Positions 37,570 to 49,421 of a stretch of DNA of 64,000 nt are shown piece by piece; positions within the stretch are counted from its first letter, which is position 1; each line of letters opens with the position of its first letter. The stretch spans positions 160,001-224,000 of the forward strand of contig CBDCCS010000011.1 of NCBI GenBank assembly GCA_965214935.1, read 5' to 3'. A program made the position numbers and the translations under genes. The notes under the pieces were generated by a model that was not told where the DNA came from, ran no database searches, and saw only the letters and a list, made by a program, of their open reading frames with translations. This DNA is from Candidatus Velthaea sp. (lineage in GTDB: Bacteria > Vulcanimicrobiota > Vulcanimicrobiia > Vulcanimicrobiales > Vulcanimicrobiaceae).

Positions 37570-38801
37570 TGCACGGCGACGGGCGCGATGCCTGCGGCGG
37601 CGTGGTGCAAATCTGCGTGCGTCGGCGGCGGCACGATTTCACCGCGAACGATGAGTTGCGAGAACGCAAGTACGAGCCGTTCGTCGAGTTGCGTCCCCGC
37701 AACGCGCACCATCTCACCGATCGCGATCTCGGCACTCAACGCGGCCCGGTAAGGACGGTCCGTGGTCATTGCATCAAACGTATCGGCGACGGCGATCACG
37801 CGTGCACCGATCGGAATGGCTTCGCCTTCTAGGCGGTCGGGATAGCCGGTGCCGTCGAGCTTTTCATGATGGTGTAGCACGCACGGCACAACGTCGTCCA
37901 TCGCGGAGATCCCGGCCAGGAGCCGTGCACCGACGACCGGATGAATCGAAATCGTGCGCCGCTCTTGGGCATCGAGCGGTCCCGGCTTGAACAACACGGC
38001 GTCGGGCACACCGATTTTTCCGATATCGTGTAAAAGCGCTCCGCTTTCGATGACGTCAACTTCGCGTGCAGTCAATCCGATCGCAATCGCTAAGCGGCGG
38101 CTATAATCGCCGACGCGTTTTGAGTGTCCGGCGGTGTACGGATCGCGCAAATCGATGACTTCGGCCATGATCCCTAAGGTATGCACGAACGTACTTTGCG
38201 CTTCGCGCCGGCGGCGTTCGAGTTCGCGCGATGCGCCCAGTGCAAGTGCGATCAACGAGACAAAACTTATTGCCGTGACGACTGCAACGACCGAAAATAC
38301 GCGCGCACGTTCGCGCGCATAGGTCGCGCTCAACGGACCGGCCGCAATGTCGACGGCGATAACGTAGACGTGCTCGTCGCTCGTATAGATCGGCGCATAA
38401 ACGCTAAGCTGCGCGGCGGTTTCAACGCGCCGAAAATTGTCCTCGGTCAGCGCATGCCGAACGTCGAGCGGCGACCGCGGAGCGTCGCGCGGAAACACCG
38501 GCGTACCATCGGGCAAGTAGACGCGCGCGCCGCTGACATACTCGAAGAGTTTCGCGTCGGCGGCGACCCGCTCGAACGTGCGGAGCAGTGGCGGCGTCAA
38601 GCCGCCGGCGGCAAGCTGCTCGAGCGGCAGTGCAAGCTCTGCGCTAAGTCGCGAGATCGCGGCGATCTCGACGTCGGTCTCGATCGCTTTGCGATGCGTC
38701 CATTCCATAGTCGCCGCGAGCAGATAGGCGGACACGATCGACACGCCGAGCGTCACAATCGTGAAGCGCCACAGAAACGTCAGCCGGAGCGTGCCGAGCA
38801 C
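37566..38801 (-). CDS. membrane-anchored HD-GYP cyclic-dinucleotide phosphodiesterase
   Basis: Two TM segments; RDPYTAGHS, LHDIGKIG, HHEKLDGTGYP and DRPYR motifs. Confidence 0.92.
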   Translation of the reverse strand: MLGTLRLTFLWRFTIVTLGVSIVSAYLLAATMEWTHRKAIETDVEIAAISRLSAELALPLEQLAAGGLTPPLLRTFERVAADAKLFEYVSGARVYLPDGTPVFPRDAPRSPLDVRHALTEDNFRRVETAAQLSVYAPIYTSDEHVYVIAVDIAAGPLSATYARERARVFSVVAVVTAISFVSLIALALGASRELERRRREAQSTFVHTLGIMAEVIDLRDPYTAGHSKRVGDYSRRLAIAIGLTAREVDVIESGALLHDIGKIGVPDAVLFKPGPLDAQERRTISIHPVVGARLLAGISAMDDVVPCVLHHHEKLDGTGYPDRLEGEAIPIGARVIAVADTFDAMTTDRPYRAALSAEIAIGEMVRVAGTQLDERLVLAFSQLIVRGEIVPPPTHADLHHAAAGIAPVAVH

Positions 38802-38804
38802 GGG

Positions 38805-39332
38805 TCAGCTAACGAAATGCGCCGGAAAGACACGCCGGCCGAGCGCTCCGGAAAGCACCGACATGTGAGTGGTCTCGATGCCGAGAATCGATGCGGCAAC
38901 GCCGGCGAGTTCGCGGTTTTTAAGCTCGGGAATGACCGATAAGTACGTCGATGCGGCTTTGTTTTCAACGCCGAGCGCAAATTCGAGAATGTCGGCCTGC
39001 GTGCGCAGCGCGGGGTACGGCAAGACGAGCGTTGCCGCACTCGGCGCCGCGCCGGCCGCACGGACGGCGGCGAGCAATGCGTCGCGGTGCGCGCTGTGAT
39101 CGGCGATGAAGCCTTGCGCAATTGTAATGACGGCCGGCGAAAGCAAACCGGTTGCCGCGGCGTCGACGTATGCCTTGATGCCTGCCCGTTCGAGTTCGAT
39201 TGCCGTGTTGAGCGTATCGATGTCCGCCGGATCGGACTGTTCGGCGGCGGCGACGAGACGAGTCATCAGCGGCATACCCACGAGGCACAACGCGCTTCCC
39301 GCTCCGAGCAACGCTGCACGCGATACGTTCAT
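38805..39332 (-). CDS. exported ferritin-like domain protein
   Basis: Signal peptide; LNTAIELE..AY, DH..HRD, LEFALGVENKA and ILGIETTH di-iron helices. Confidence 0.8.
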   Translation of the reverse strand: MNVSRAALLGAGSALCLVGMPLMTRLVAAAEQSDPADIDTLNTAIELERAGIKAYVDAAATGLLSPAVITIAQGFIADHSAHRDALLAAVRAAGAAPSAATLVLPYPALRTQADILEFALGVENKAASTYLSVIPELKNRELAGVAASILGIETTHMSVLSGALGRRVFPAHFVS

Positions 39333-39432
39333 GAACCGACCCTTCCATAGCGGACGAGGCGAAAACGTCGCCTGCCTATCAAACATCGGCTCGCTCGGGT
39401 CTACAGTTAAGGCCGCCCGATGCGTGAAGCCG

Positions 39433-40164
39433 TTAGTTGCGCGAAACCTCACCGTCGCGGTAGACGGGAACGACATCGCTGGTGTCGATGAGCGCAGCGT
39501 CGAGGATATCGCGATCGAATCCGAGCTTGGCAAGCGACAGCGCATGCTCGCCGCTCGCAATTGAATCGGCGATCGCGGTAGATCCGCTGCGGAACGTAAC
39601 GGAGGCCGCTAGCGCGGCATCGCTGAGCGCAATGCCCGGGAAACGCTCGGTGCATGCGCTTGCGATCGCGCCGGCACAAAAGAAATCTTCAAATGAAAAA
39701 TCGCCGTCTTGACCGGAACAGACGAGTAGAGCTTCACGCGCATCGATCGTCGCGAGCACGTTGACGAGAGCACGCCGGTTGATAAGCGCGCCGCACAGCA
39801 CCGCCGTCGCGCCGGCATGACCGACGCGTTGCAGTGCGCGCGAACCGTTCGTCGTTGTAAACGCAACCGTTTTGCCCGCGACGATATCCGGTTTGTACGA
39901 CGCGGGCGAATTGTCCAGATCGAACCCGTTGATTTTCCGCGACTCGCGTTCGCCGCCGAGTAAAACGCGATCCCGGCCGACGCGATTACGGACGGTGATG
40001 GCGTCTTCAGGCTCGAGACACGGGATAATGGTGACCGCGCCGCTCTCGAGCGCCCGCGTGATCGTCGTCGTTGCGCGTAACACGTCGATTACGACGACGA
40101 CCATTCCACGCAGGCCGATTGCAACTGCAGACGGAGTGACCGCCACGTCGACTCGCGTAATCAT
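39433..40164 (-). CDS. comB: 2-phosphosulfolactate phosphatase family protein
   Basis: VVIDVLRATTT, GGER..INGFDLDNSP, TTTNGS and EDFFCAG motifs. Confidence 0.9.
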   Translation of the reverse strand: MITRVDVAVTPSAVAIGLRGMVVVVIDVLRATTTITRALESGAVTIIPCLEPEDAITVRNRVGRDRVLLGGERESRKINGFDLDNSPASYKPDIVAGKTVAFTTTNGSRALQRVGHAGATAVLCGALINRRALVNVLATIDAREALLVCSGQDGDFSFEDFFCAGAIASACTERFPGIALSDAALAASVTFRSGSTAIADSIASGEHALSLAKLGFDRDILDAALIDTSDVVPVYRDGEVSRN

Positions 40165-40384
40165 CGTCGTGCCTGAAGACAAGTCGGCGTGAACACCATA
40201 TTTCGGTAAAGATACGACCTCAAGCGATCGGGTGCCTCGAAGCGCAACCGTGCGTGCCCACGGCGACAACTGCACCAGCTCGCTGCACGGTCGCTGTGGA
40301 ACGGCGAGCTTTGAGCCGTCGTGCGCCCAGGCGCTCGCACGGTATCGGACACGGTTCGCATGCGACGGCCCCAAGCGTGTTGCG

Positions 40385-41902
40385 TCAGTGCAACGCGTGC
40401 TCGATGAAATTTGCGATGTCGGCATGCAATGCGCGGCGGGCTGCCGGTTGCAGATAGATCATGTGACCCGATTCGTAATAGCCGAAGGTAATGTGATCGC
40501 GAAGTTTTGGATCGATACCCAAATGGTGCAGATCTTTTTCCGTTCCGAAGAACGGTGTTGCCAGATCGTAGTAGCCGTTGGCGGAGAAAACGCGAAGCGC
40601 GGGATTACGCGTGAGCGCTTGGGCAAGGTCCGGTAAGACATTGGGCAATGACACCTGAGCTAGTCCGACATCGGTTGCATCGCGCGTAAAGTTCCAAGCC
40701 GGACCGATCTCGGCGTAGTTAAACGGCAGATACCGGTCGTCGGTTCGAAAGTGCAAGTCGTCGCGCACGTAGCCGTTGAACGCGCTGACGAATGCATCGG
40801 CGATGCCGGCGTCCAGCGTTGGATCGTAGGCCGGTGAATCGGAGTTGCGATCGATATCGAAGCCGGTAAAGCGGCCGTCGAGCCGGCCGGTCAACTGATC
40901 TCTTCCGCGCAGCAGTTCCTTCTCGAAGCGTGTCGGATCGATGCGCAAGTCGGCGCGCTCGATGTACGCTTCATCGAGACCTGTGTAGGCGTGTAATTGC
41001 GCGCTAATATCGTGCTGCGTCGAAGCGTCAAGTTGATCGCCGCGCAACAGCGCCGTAGCATAAGCACCCCGGGCAAAGTCGCGCACCTGCGCGAGAAACG
41101 GCCGGAGTGCCGGCGGTCGCGCGCCCGGCAGCGCATCGTGATACCAGGCAACAGCAGCTTCCGTCGGCAGAAACGCAACGTTCGACATTTCGTCGCCCGG
41201 CAGCGCCGGATCGAGTGCCGCCAGATTGAGCGCCGAGCTGATGAGGACCACACCGTTGATGCCGACACCGTCGGACTGTAACCGGTCGACGACGTTCGCC
41301 GCACGCGTCGTCCCGTATGATTCGCCGATGAGAAATTTCGGCGAGTTCCAACGGTCGTGCTCGGTCAGCCAACGTTCGATGAATTGCGTGAACGCACGCG
41401 CATCCTGGTCGACGCCGTAGAAGTCGACGCTCTTGCCTTTCCCGCCGACGCGGCTGTAACCGGTGCCCGGCGCGTCGACGAATACCAGGTCCGTCGCGTC
41501 GAGCAGCGTGCCGTCATTGGGAACGAGGCGTCCGGGTGGAACGACCGTCCCGGTATCGTTCGTCGCGACCCGCAACGGACCGAACGAACCCATATGCAAC
41601 CACAATGATGACGAACCCGGACCGCCGTTCCAAACAAAGGCGATCGGACGTTGGGCGGGCGCCGTGCCGTCGCGCAGGTAGGCGACCGAAAAGACACTTG
41701 CCGCCGGCTGACCGAGTTTATTCTTGATCGTCGTGCGCCCGGCGATGACCGTGTACGGGAGCGCTACGCCGCGAAGCATGACGCGATGATGCGTGATCGC
41801 CGCCGGTGTTACGGGCAATTCGATTGCTGCATCGTCGGCGCGTGCCGCGCGGCCGGCGCTCAAAACAAGCAACATGACGGCCGCGGCAATCCGGAATTTC
41901 AT
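40385..41902 (-). CDS. secreted serine carboxypeptidase (S10)
   Basis: WNGGPGSSS, DAPGTGYS, GESYG, GYYDLATPF and GHMIY motifs. Confidence 0.92.
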   Translation of the reverse strand: MKFRIAAAVMLLVLSAGRAARADDAAIELPVTPAAITHHRVMLRGVALPYTVIAGRTTIKNKLGQPAASVFSVAYLRDGTAPAQRPIAFVWNGGPGSSSLWLHMGSFGPLRVATNDTGTVVPPGRLVPNDGTLLDATDLVFVDAPGTGYSRVGGKGKSVDFYGVDQDARAFTQFIERWLTEHDRWNSPKFLIGESYGTTRAANVVDRLQSDGVGINGVVLISSALNLAALDPALPGDEMSNVAFLPTEAAVAWYHDALPGARPPALRPFLAQVRDFARGAYATALLRGDQLDASTQHDISAQLHAYTGLDEAYIERADLRIDPTRFEKELLRGRDQLTGRLDGRFTGFDIDRNSDSPAYDPTLDAGIADAFVSAFNGYVRDDLHFRTDDRYLPFNYAEIGPAWNFTRDATDVGLAQVSLPNVLPDLAQALTRNPALRVFSANGYYDLATPFFGTEKDLHHLGIDPKLRDHITFGYYESGHMIYLQPAARRALHADIANFIEHALH

Positions 41903-41966
41903 CGGTTTCGCCGCTTCGCGCCATGCCGCACCTAACCTGGAAAGCCGCTCCCGGCTGGGGTCCTCG

Positions 41967-42860
41967 TTAGGCCGGCTCCGTAACGAAAACACGGCTTTGG
42001 CGAATGTCTTGCGCTTCGATCGTCATCAAATCGTCGCGCGTCAGGACGCCGCCGAGTGCGAAGAGGCGATTGGCTTGGCGCAGCCTGGCGCGTCCGATGG
42101 CGTTACGCACGCTGCGGGCATTGGCAAAGAACGGCTGCTGCATGCGCAACGTCAAGTACTGCTCGAACGCTGCGTGCGCATCGGCGGTTAGCCGGTAATT
42201 GAGTTGGCCGATCATCAGTTGCGCGATTTCGATGAGCTCGTCACTCGAGTAATCCGGAAAGTCGATGTGGTTGCCGACGCGTGATTTAAGACCCGGATTG
42301 CTCGAGAAGAAGTGTTCCATCCGATCGCGATAGCCGGCAAAAATGACTACGAGGTCGTCGCGATTGTTCTCCATCGATTGCAGCAGGATCTCGATCGCTT
42401 CGCCGCCGTAATCGCGCTCGTTCTCCGCCTTGTACAAGTAGTAAGCTTCATCAATGAAGAGCACGCCGCCCATCGCCCGTTTGATGACGTCCTTCGTTTT
42501 GGGCGCCGTATGTCCGATGAATTGCCCGACCAGATCGTCGCGCGTCACGGCAACGAGGTGACCCTTGCGTACGTATCCGAGACTTTTGAGTATCGCGGCC
42601 ATCCGCATGGCGACCGTCGTCTTGCCGGTCCCGGGTCCGCCGGTGAACGACATATGCAACGGCGGAGGTTCGGTTTCTAAACCCACGCGCTTACGTAAGC
42701 GGTCGACCAGCAACAACGCGGCGATTTCCCGGATGCGGCTCTTTACCGGCGCAAGACCGATCAACTCGCGATCGAGTTGCTCGACGATCGCGCCGATATT
42801 CGATTCGGCGTAGGCCGCCGTAATGTCGAGCGGCTTGTCGTCGACCGGATCGGCACTCAT
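41967..42860 (-). CDS. cbbX: red-type RuBisCO activase CbbX
   Basis: [54 protein letters not shown] and FANARSVRN motifs. Confidence 0.97.
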   Translation of the reverse strand: MSADPVDDKPLDITAAYAESNIGAIVEQLDRELIGLAPVKSRIREIAALLLVDRLRKRVGLETEPPPLHMSFTGGPGTGKTTVAMRMAAILKSLGYVRKGHLVAVTRDDLVGQFIGHTAPKTKDVIKRAMGGVLFIDEAYYLYKAENERDYGGEAIEILLQSMENNRDDLVVIFAGYRDRMEHFFSSNPGLKSRVGNHIDFPDYSSDELIEIAQLMIGQLNYRLTADAHAAFEQYLTLRMQQPFFANARSVRNAIGRARLRQANRLFALGGVLTRDDLMTIEAQDIRQSRVFVTEPA

Positions 42861-43279
42861 GTCGAGTAGCGTGTCTCCCGCGCCTCATCGACGGAGTATG
42901 CTGCGATGGAATAGCGTTGAACGCGATCGTTTGCGTTCTGACGTTCGAGGCGAAAGCCCGGTTCGTGCGCGGGGCGGTTAATGATGAAGCTCAAGGCCGT
43001 CGTTTGGCGGCCGTAACGTGCATCGTAGGCGTTGACTTTGATATACGCCTCGGGGTACTCGCTACGGGCGTTCGCGATCGCCGACATGATCTCGGACGCA
43101 TCGTGCGTATCGAACATCGGAAGTCCGAACATCTCCCAATACGAATTGCGCGGGTGCGGGTCGTTCGTGTATTCGATCGAGATCGGCCACTCATTGTCGA
43201 GCGCATACTGCACTTGTTTTGTAATCTGCTCGTCGGTCAGATCGGGCAGAAAAGAGAATGTTCCCTGAGTAACTCGCAT
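42857..43279 (-). CDS. cbbS: RuBisCO small subunit (red-type)
   Basis: [32 protein letters not shown] and SFIINRP..EPGFRL with the long C-terminal hairpin. Confidence 0.97.
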   Translation of the reverse strand: MRVTQGTFSFLPDLTDEQITKQVQYALDNEWPISIEYTNDPHPRNSYWEMFGLPMFDTHDASEIMSAIANARSEYPEAYIKVNAYDARYGRQTTALSFIINRPAHEPGFRLERQNANDRVQRYSIAAYSVDEARETRYST

Positions 43280-43385
43280 GCATCGGTCTCCCAAAAAAGC
43301 GCGCTTTTCGACCTCGAGTCGACCTTGAAGCGCGCCGGCGATTCTACGTAATTGCGTTGCGTCGGCTGCAACCGGACGATCGAAG

Positions 43386-44953
<1,568 letters not shown>

Positions 44954-44955
<2 letters not shown>

Positions 44956-45829
44956 GCTTTCGCTCAATCAAATTCGGACGTTTCTGGAAGTTGCCGCCGG
45001 CGGGTCCGTGCGGATCGCCGCCGAGCGCTTGGTCATTTCGCAACCGGCGGTGTCGTCGGCGCTGGCCGGCTTGCAGCGCACCATCGGCGTGCCGATCGTC
45101 GAACGTGACGGCCGCGGCGTGCGTCTGACCGCAGCGGGAGAACGCCTGGCAACGTACGGCCGGCGTATTTTCGCCTTGATGGATGAGGCGATTTCCGAAG
45201 CGCGAGCAGCCGCCGATCCGGCCTTACGCCGCCTATCGCTTGCCGCCGTACCGACGGCCGCCGAACAATTGTTGCCCGAACTGCTCAGTGGTTTTCGCGC
45301 CCAGCGCGACGCCGTCAATCTCGACTTGGAGGTCGCTAATAAGGATCGCGTTTGGGAGTTGCTGGCACACTGGGAAGCGGATTTGGTCTTAGCGGGGCGC
45401 CCGCCGCACCACGGATTCGTGACCTTAGCGGTGCGTTCGAATGCCGTTGTCGTCGTCGGGTCCCCCGATCGGGCCTATTCCGCAGACGATTTAGCGCGCA
45501 CAACGTGGCTGTTGCGCGAAGTTGGTTCGGGCACGCGCGAAACGACGCAAGCGGTCTTTGCGCAACTCGGAATAAATCCGCCGGCCGTGACGATCGGCTC
45601 GAACGCTGCGATTCGGGAGTGCGTGCGAATCGGCTTGGGAATCTCGCTGCTATCGCGCGACGCCGTCGCGCGGGATGTGGAGAGCGGCCATCTGCGAGAG
45701 ATACCGACGCCGATTACTCCGCTGGTTCGAGATTGGCATCTCGTCGCCGGAAGCGATCGCGAACTATCTGCCGGCGCCCACCGTTTTCTCGCATACGTTC
45801 TCGCGAACGGCGCTTTCCGAACGCTGTGA
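44954..45829 (+). CDS. cbbR: LysR regulator CbbR
   Basis: LysR HTH (AAERLVISQPAVS), LAGRPP and REVGSGTR; divergent from cbbL. Confidence 0.9.
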
Positions 45830-45967
45830 TACGTACGTCCACATTCAAGCCGAACCGGCCGCTTCTGAAACTTTTTTACATTGTGATGGATGAAAAGAGG
45901 GACTCGGTTGCAACTAACCATAACGACAGGTGCCTCAGCTCGACGCTCGCATCGATGAGGCGCACAA

Positions 45968-46930
45968 GTGGCAAACTTACTTTGGTTACAAGGCGGCGCA
46001 TGTTCGGGAAACACGATGTCGTTTCTCAACGCCGAAGAACCGAGTGCATGCGATCTCGTGACCGATTTCGGAATCAACATTTTATGGCATCCGTCGCTGG
46101 GTCTTGAGCTCGGCGACAACCTCAAAGCGATGTTGAACAAATGCATATCGGGTGAAATCGCACTCGATATTTTTGTGTTCGAAGGGACGGTCGTTAACGC
46201 GCCGGACGGAACGGGCGAATGGAATCGCTTTGCCGGTAAGCCCATGAAGCAATGGGTGCGCGCGCTGGCCGATGCCGCGCAGTTCGTCGTTGCGATCGGC
46301 GATTGTGCGACGTGGGGCGGCATACCGGCGATGGCACCGAATCCTTCGCAGTCCGAAGGCGTGCAGTTTCTCAAGAAACAGCACGGCGGCTTTTTAGGGA
46401 AGACCTTTACCTCTAAAGCCGGCTTGCCGGTCATCAACATTCCCGGCTGTCCCGCGCATCCGGATTGGGTGACGCAAATTCTCGTTGCCGTCGCGAGCGG
46501 CCGTGCCGCCGACATCGGGCTCGACGATCTGCAGCGGCCCAAGACGTTTTTCACCAGCTTCACGCAGACGGGCTGCACGCGCAACATTCAGTTCGCCTAC
46601 AAGGCGTCGGCCACGGAGTTCGGTCAGCGCAAAGGCTGTTTGTTTTACGACCTCGGCTGCCGCGGTCCGATGACGCATTCGCCGTGTAACCGGATTTTGT
46701 GGAATCGGCAATCGTCGAAGACGCGTTCGGGAATGCCGTGCCTGGGTTGCACCGAGCCTGAATTTCCATTCCACGATCTTGCGCCCGGAACGGTCTTCAA
46801 AACGCAAACGGTCATGGGCATGCCGCGCGAATTGCCGGCCGGCTCGAATAAGCCGGGTTACGTTCGGCTCACCGCGACGGCGAAAGCTACCGCGCCGTCG
46901 TGGGTCGACGATGACATGTTCGTCGTTTAG
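45968..46930 (+). CDS. hucS: group 2a [NiFe]-hydrogenase small subunit
   Basis: No Tat leader; WLQGGACSGN (Asn at a proximal-cluster ligand site), GDCATWGG, PGCPAHP, FTQTGC (Gln at a distal site), GCLFYDLGCRGP and CLGCTEP. Confidence 0.93.
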   Translation: MANLLWLQGGACSGNTMSFLNAEEPSACDLVTDFGINILWHPSLGLELGDNLKAMLNKCISGEIALDIFVFEGTVVNAPDGTGEWNRFAGKPMKQWVRALADAAQFVVAIGDCATWGGIPAMAPNPSQSEGVQFLKKQHGGFLGKTFTSKAGLPVINIPGCPAHPDWVTQILVAVASGRAADIGLDDLQRPKTFFTSFTQTGCTRNIQFAYKASATEFGQRKGCLFYDLGCRGPMTHSPCNRILWNRQSSKTRSGMPCLGCTEPEFPFHDLAPGTVFKTQTVMGMPRELPAGSNKPGYVRLTATAKATAPSWVDDDMFVV

Positions 46931-46990
46931 ACCGGCTCGCGGCCGGCTCGCGCATTACATCACCGCGTCAAGCTTTTAGGAGCGCGCATC

Positions 46991-48592
46991 ATGGCGACTA
47001 CTGCGGTACAAACTCTGGATATTTCGCCGGTCGGCCGGGTCGAGGGCGACCTTGACGTGCGCGTCGATATTGCCGACGGCGTCGTCGTCAATGCTTGGAC
47101 GCAAGCCGAACTTTTTCGCGGCTTCGAGGTAATCTTGCGTGACAAAGATCCGCAAGCCGGGCTCGTCGTGACGCCGCGCGCATGCGGAATATGCGGTGCC
47201 TCGCATCTGACGTGTGCGGCGTGGGCGCTCGATACTGCGTGGGAGACGACCGTACCGCGCAATGCGATCTTGGCGCGCAACCTCGGTCAGATCGTAGAAA
47301 GTCTGCAAAGTCTGCCGCGGCATCATTACGGGCTGTTCATGATCGACGCGACGAATAAAAATTACGCCGACAGTCCGTACTACGCCGAGGCCGTTCGGCG
47401 GTACGCGCCGTTCACGGGCAAACATTATGAAGCCGGCGTTACGATTTCGGGCCGTCCGGTCGAAATTTATGCGTTGCTCGGCGGTCAATGGCCGCATTCG
47501 AGCTACATGGTTCCCGGCGGCGTCATGTGCGCGCCGACATTGACGGACGTCACGCGCGCGACGGCGATTCTCGATTTTTTCCGTAAAAACTGGATCGAGC
47601 CGATGTGGCTGGGCTGCACGCTCGAACGCTACGAAGAAATTAAGTCCTACGACGATTTCATGGCTTGGCTCGACGAACGGCCCGAACATGCCGATTCGGA
47701 TCTCGGCATGTATTGGCGCATGGGTCTCGATATGGGTCTCGATACATACGGTCGCGGTCACGGCAAATACATTAGCTGGGGCTATCTGCCGCATGAAGAT
47801 AAGTATCAGCAGCCGACAATCGACGGCCGTAATGCGGCGTTGATTATGAAGTCCGGCGTGTATGACGGTGCCACCGATACGTTCAAGTTGATGGATCAGG
47901 CGTTTACGCGCGAAGATATGGAGCACGCCTGGTACGATGAGACCGGCATCGTTCATCCGTTCGAACGGACCACGCGCCCGACGCAAAAGAATACGATCGA
48001 TTTTGACGGCAAGTATTCATGGTGTACCGCGGTCCAGCACGAAGAAAACGGCCGGCTCGAAGCCGGTCCGCTGGCGCGGCAGCTCATCGCCGGCGGCACG
48101 CACGGGCAACCCTGGCAGTGGTACGATCCGCTCGTTCACGACATGTACAAGAAGATGGGCGGTGCGAGCGTGCTGCTACGCCATTTCGCGCGCATGCACG
48201 AAGTTGCAAAGTTGTACCGCGAAGCCGAGCGCGCGCTCAAAGAGTTCCGCTTGAACGAACCGTGGTACATCAAACCGGTCGAAAAAGACGGCAAAGGCTG
48301 GGGCGCGACCGAGGCGATTCGCGGCGCGCTGTGTCACTGGATCGAGATCGAGTTCGGTAAAATAAAGAATTATCAGATCGTCGCGCCGACGACATGGAAT
48401 GTCGGGCCGCGTTCGGGCAATCACGAACTTGGGCCGATCGAACAAGCACTGATCGGGACGCCGATCAAGGATATTCTCGATCCGGTCGAAGTCGGTCATG
48501 TCTGCCGTTCGTACGATTCGTGTTTGGTCTGCACGGTACACGCCCATGATGCAACGACGGGGGCCGAACTCGCGCGCTTTCGTACCGCGTGA
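46991..48592 (+). CDS. hucL: group 2a [NiFe]-hydrogenase large subunit
   Basis: PVGRVEGDL, L1 TPRACGICGASH and L2 RSYDSCLVCTVH plus a cleavable C-terminal extension. Confidence 0.95.
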   Translation: MATTAVQTLDISPVGRVEGDLDVRVDIADGVVVNAWTQAELFRGFEVILRDKDPQAGLVVTPRACGICGASHLTCAAWALDTAWETTVPRNAILARNLGQIVESLQSLPRHHYGLFMIDATNKNYADSPYYAEAVRRYAPFTGKHYEAGVTISGRPVEIYALLGGQWPHSSYMVPGGVMCAPTLTDVTRATAILDFFRKNWIEPMWLGCTLERYEEIKSYDDFMAWLDERPEHADSDLGMYWRMGLDMGLDTYGRGHGKYISWGYLPHEDKYQQPTIDGRNAALIMKSGVYDGATDTFKLMDQAFTREDMEHAWYDETGIVHPFERTTRPTQKNTIDFDGKYSWCTAVQHEENGRLEAGPLARQLIAGGTHGQPWQWYDPLVHDMYKKMGGASVLLRHFARMHEVAKLYREAERALKEFRLNEPWYIKPVEKDGKGWGATEAIRGALCHWIEIEFGKIKNYQIVAPTTWNVGPRSGNHELGPIEQALIGTPIKDILDPVEVGHVCRSYDSCLVCTVHAHDATTGAELARFRTA

Positions 48593-48606
48593 TTCGCACC
48601 TAAGCG

Positions 48607-49104
48607 ATGCTAGCCATCATCGGCTGCGGCAACCCGACGCGCAGTGACGACGGCGTCGGCTGCGCCGTCGTGCGCCGGCTGCTGACGGAGCTTGACCTGT
48701 CGGCCGCTGACGTGCGCGTGCTTGACGCCGGTACCGACGGCATGGCGGTCATGTTTGCCGCCCGCGGCGCAGACGAACTCGTCATCATCGATGCCAGCCG
48801 CAGCGGCAGTCCCGCGGGCGCGATTTCCGAAGTTCCCGGCGACGTGCTCGAGCGGCCGTACACGCCGTCACTGAATCTGCACGACTTTCGTTGGGAAAAC
48901 GCGCTGGCCACGGGACGCCTGATGTTCGCAGCGGCGTTTCCCACGCGCGTCACGGTCTTTCTGGTCGAAGCGGCGAGCGTCGATTACGGGCTCACGCTTT
49001 CGGCGCCCGTCACGGCGGCGGCCGATACCGTCGTTGCGCGCGTCGTCGCATTGGCCCGCGCTCATCGCCATGCTCGCACCGTCGCCGCGAGCGCCTCGGC
49101 ATGA
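48607..49104 (+). CDS. hydrogenase maturation protease
   Basis: IIGCGNPTRSDDGVG, DAGTDG, IIDA and LNLH motifs. Confidence 0.93.
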   Translation: MLAIIGCGNPTRSDDGVGCAVVRRLLTELDLSAADVRVLDAGTDGMAVMFAARGADELVIIDASRSGSPAGAISEVPGDVLERPYTPSLNLHDFRWENALATGRLMFAAAFPTRVTVFLVEAASVDYGLTLSAPVTAAADTVVARVVALARAHRHARTVAASASA

Positions 49105-49421
49105 GCGCGCAGGTGCGTTTGCGCGCGGGACGGTTGTATCTCGATGCAGCGACGAGTCTTACGTATCTGCCGCAGCGCGAAGCGGTAACGCTGTTCCGGC
49201 GCGATGACGATCTGTTTATCATCCCGCTGCAATCGGCCGCCGGCGGCTATCTGCTCAAGATGCGCACGGCGGCGGGCGATCGGGTTATCGACGCCGAGGA
49301 CTTTTTTCGCGAACACGGGCTTGACGATTCGCGTGAACGTCCGCTCGACGTCGTTTGGTCGGCGCAGGCCGCGGCCCTCGTTGCGAGCGGCGCGTTTTGC
49401 GAACGAGCGGACCAACGCTGA
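49101..49421 (+). CDS. hydrogenase-cluster hypothetical protein
   Basis: ATGA overlap with the protease stop; GGYLLKMRTAAGDRVI motif. Confidence 0.7.
   Translation: MSAQVRLRAGRLYLDAATSLTYLPQREAVTLFRRDDDLFIIPLQSAAGGYLLKMRTAAGDRVIDAEDFFREHGLDDSRERPLDVVWSAQAAALVASGAFCERADQR

Noticed and set aside
46932..46953. Short tandem repeat CCGGCTCGCG x2 between hucS and hucL
   Set aside because: Only two copies in GC-rich DNA; not an array, and no function can be supported
45475..47986. Long antisense ORFs (370 aa and 336 aa) opposite hucS/hucL, and similar shadow ORFs elsewhere such as 60458-61411
   Set aside because: Expected artefacts of high-GC codon bias opposite real genes
45968..48592. Group 1h (Hhy) or sensory group 2b hydrogenase
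   Set aside because: The Asn/Gln ligand pattern, the L2 motif with a cleavable tail and the adjacent protease fit group 2a
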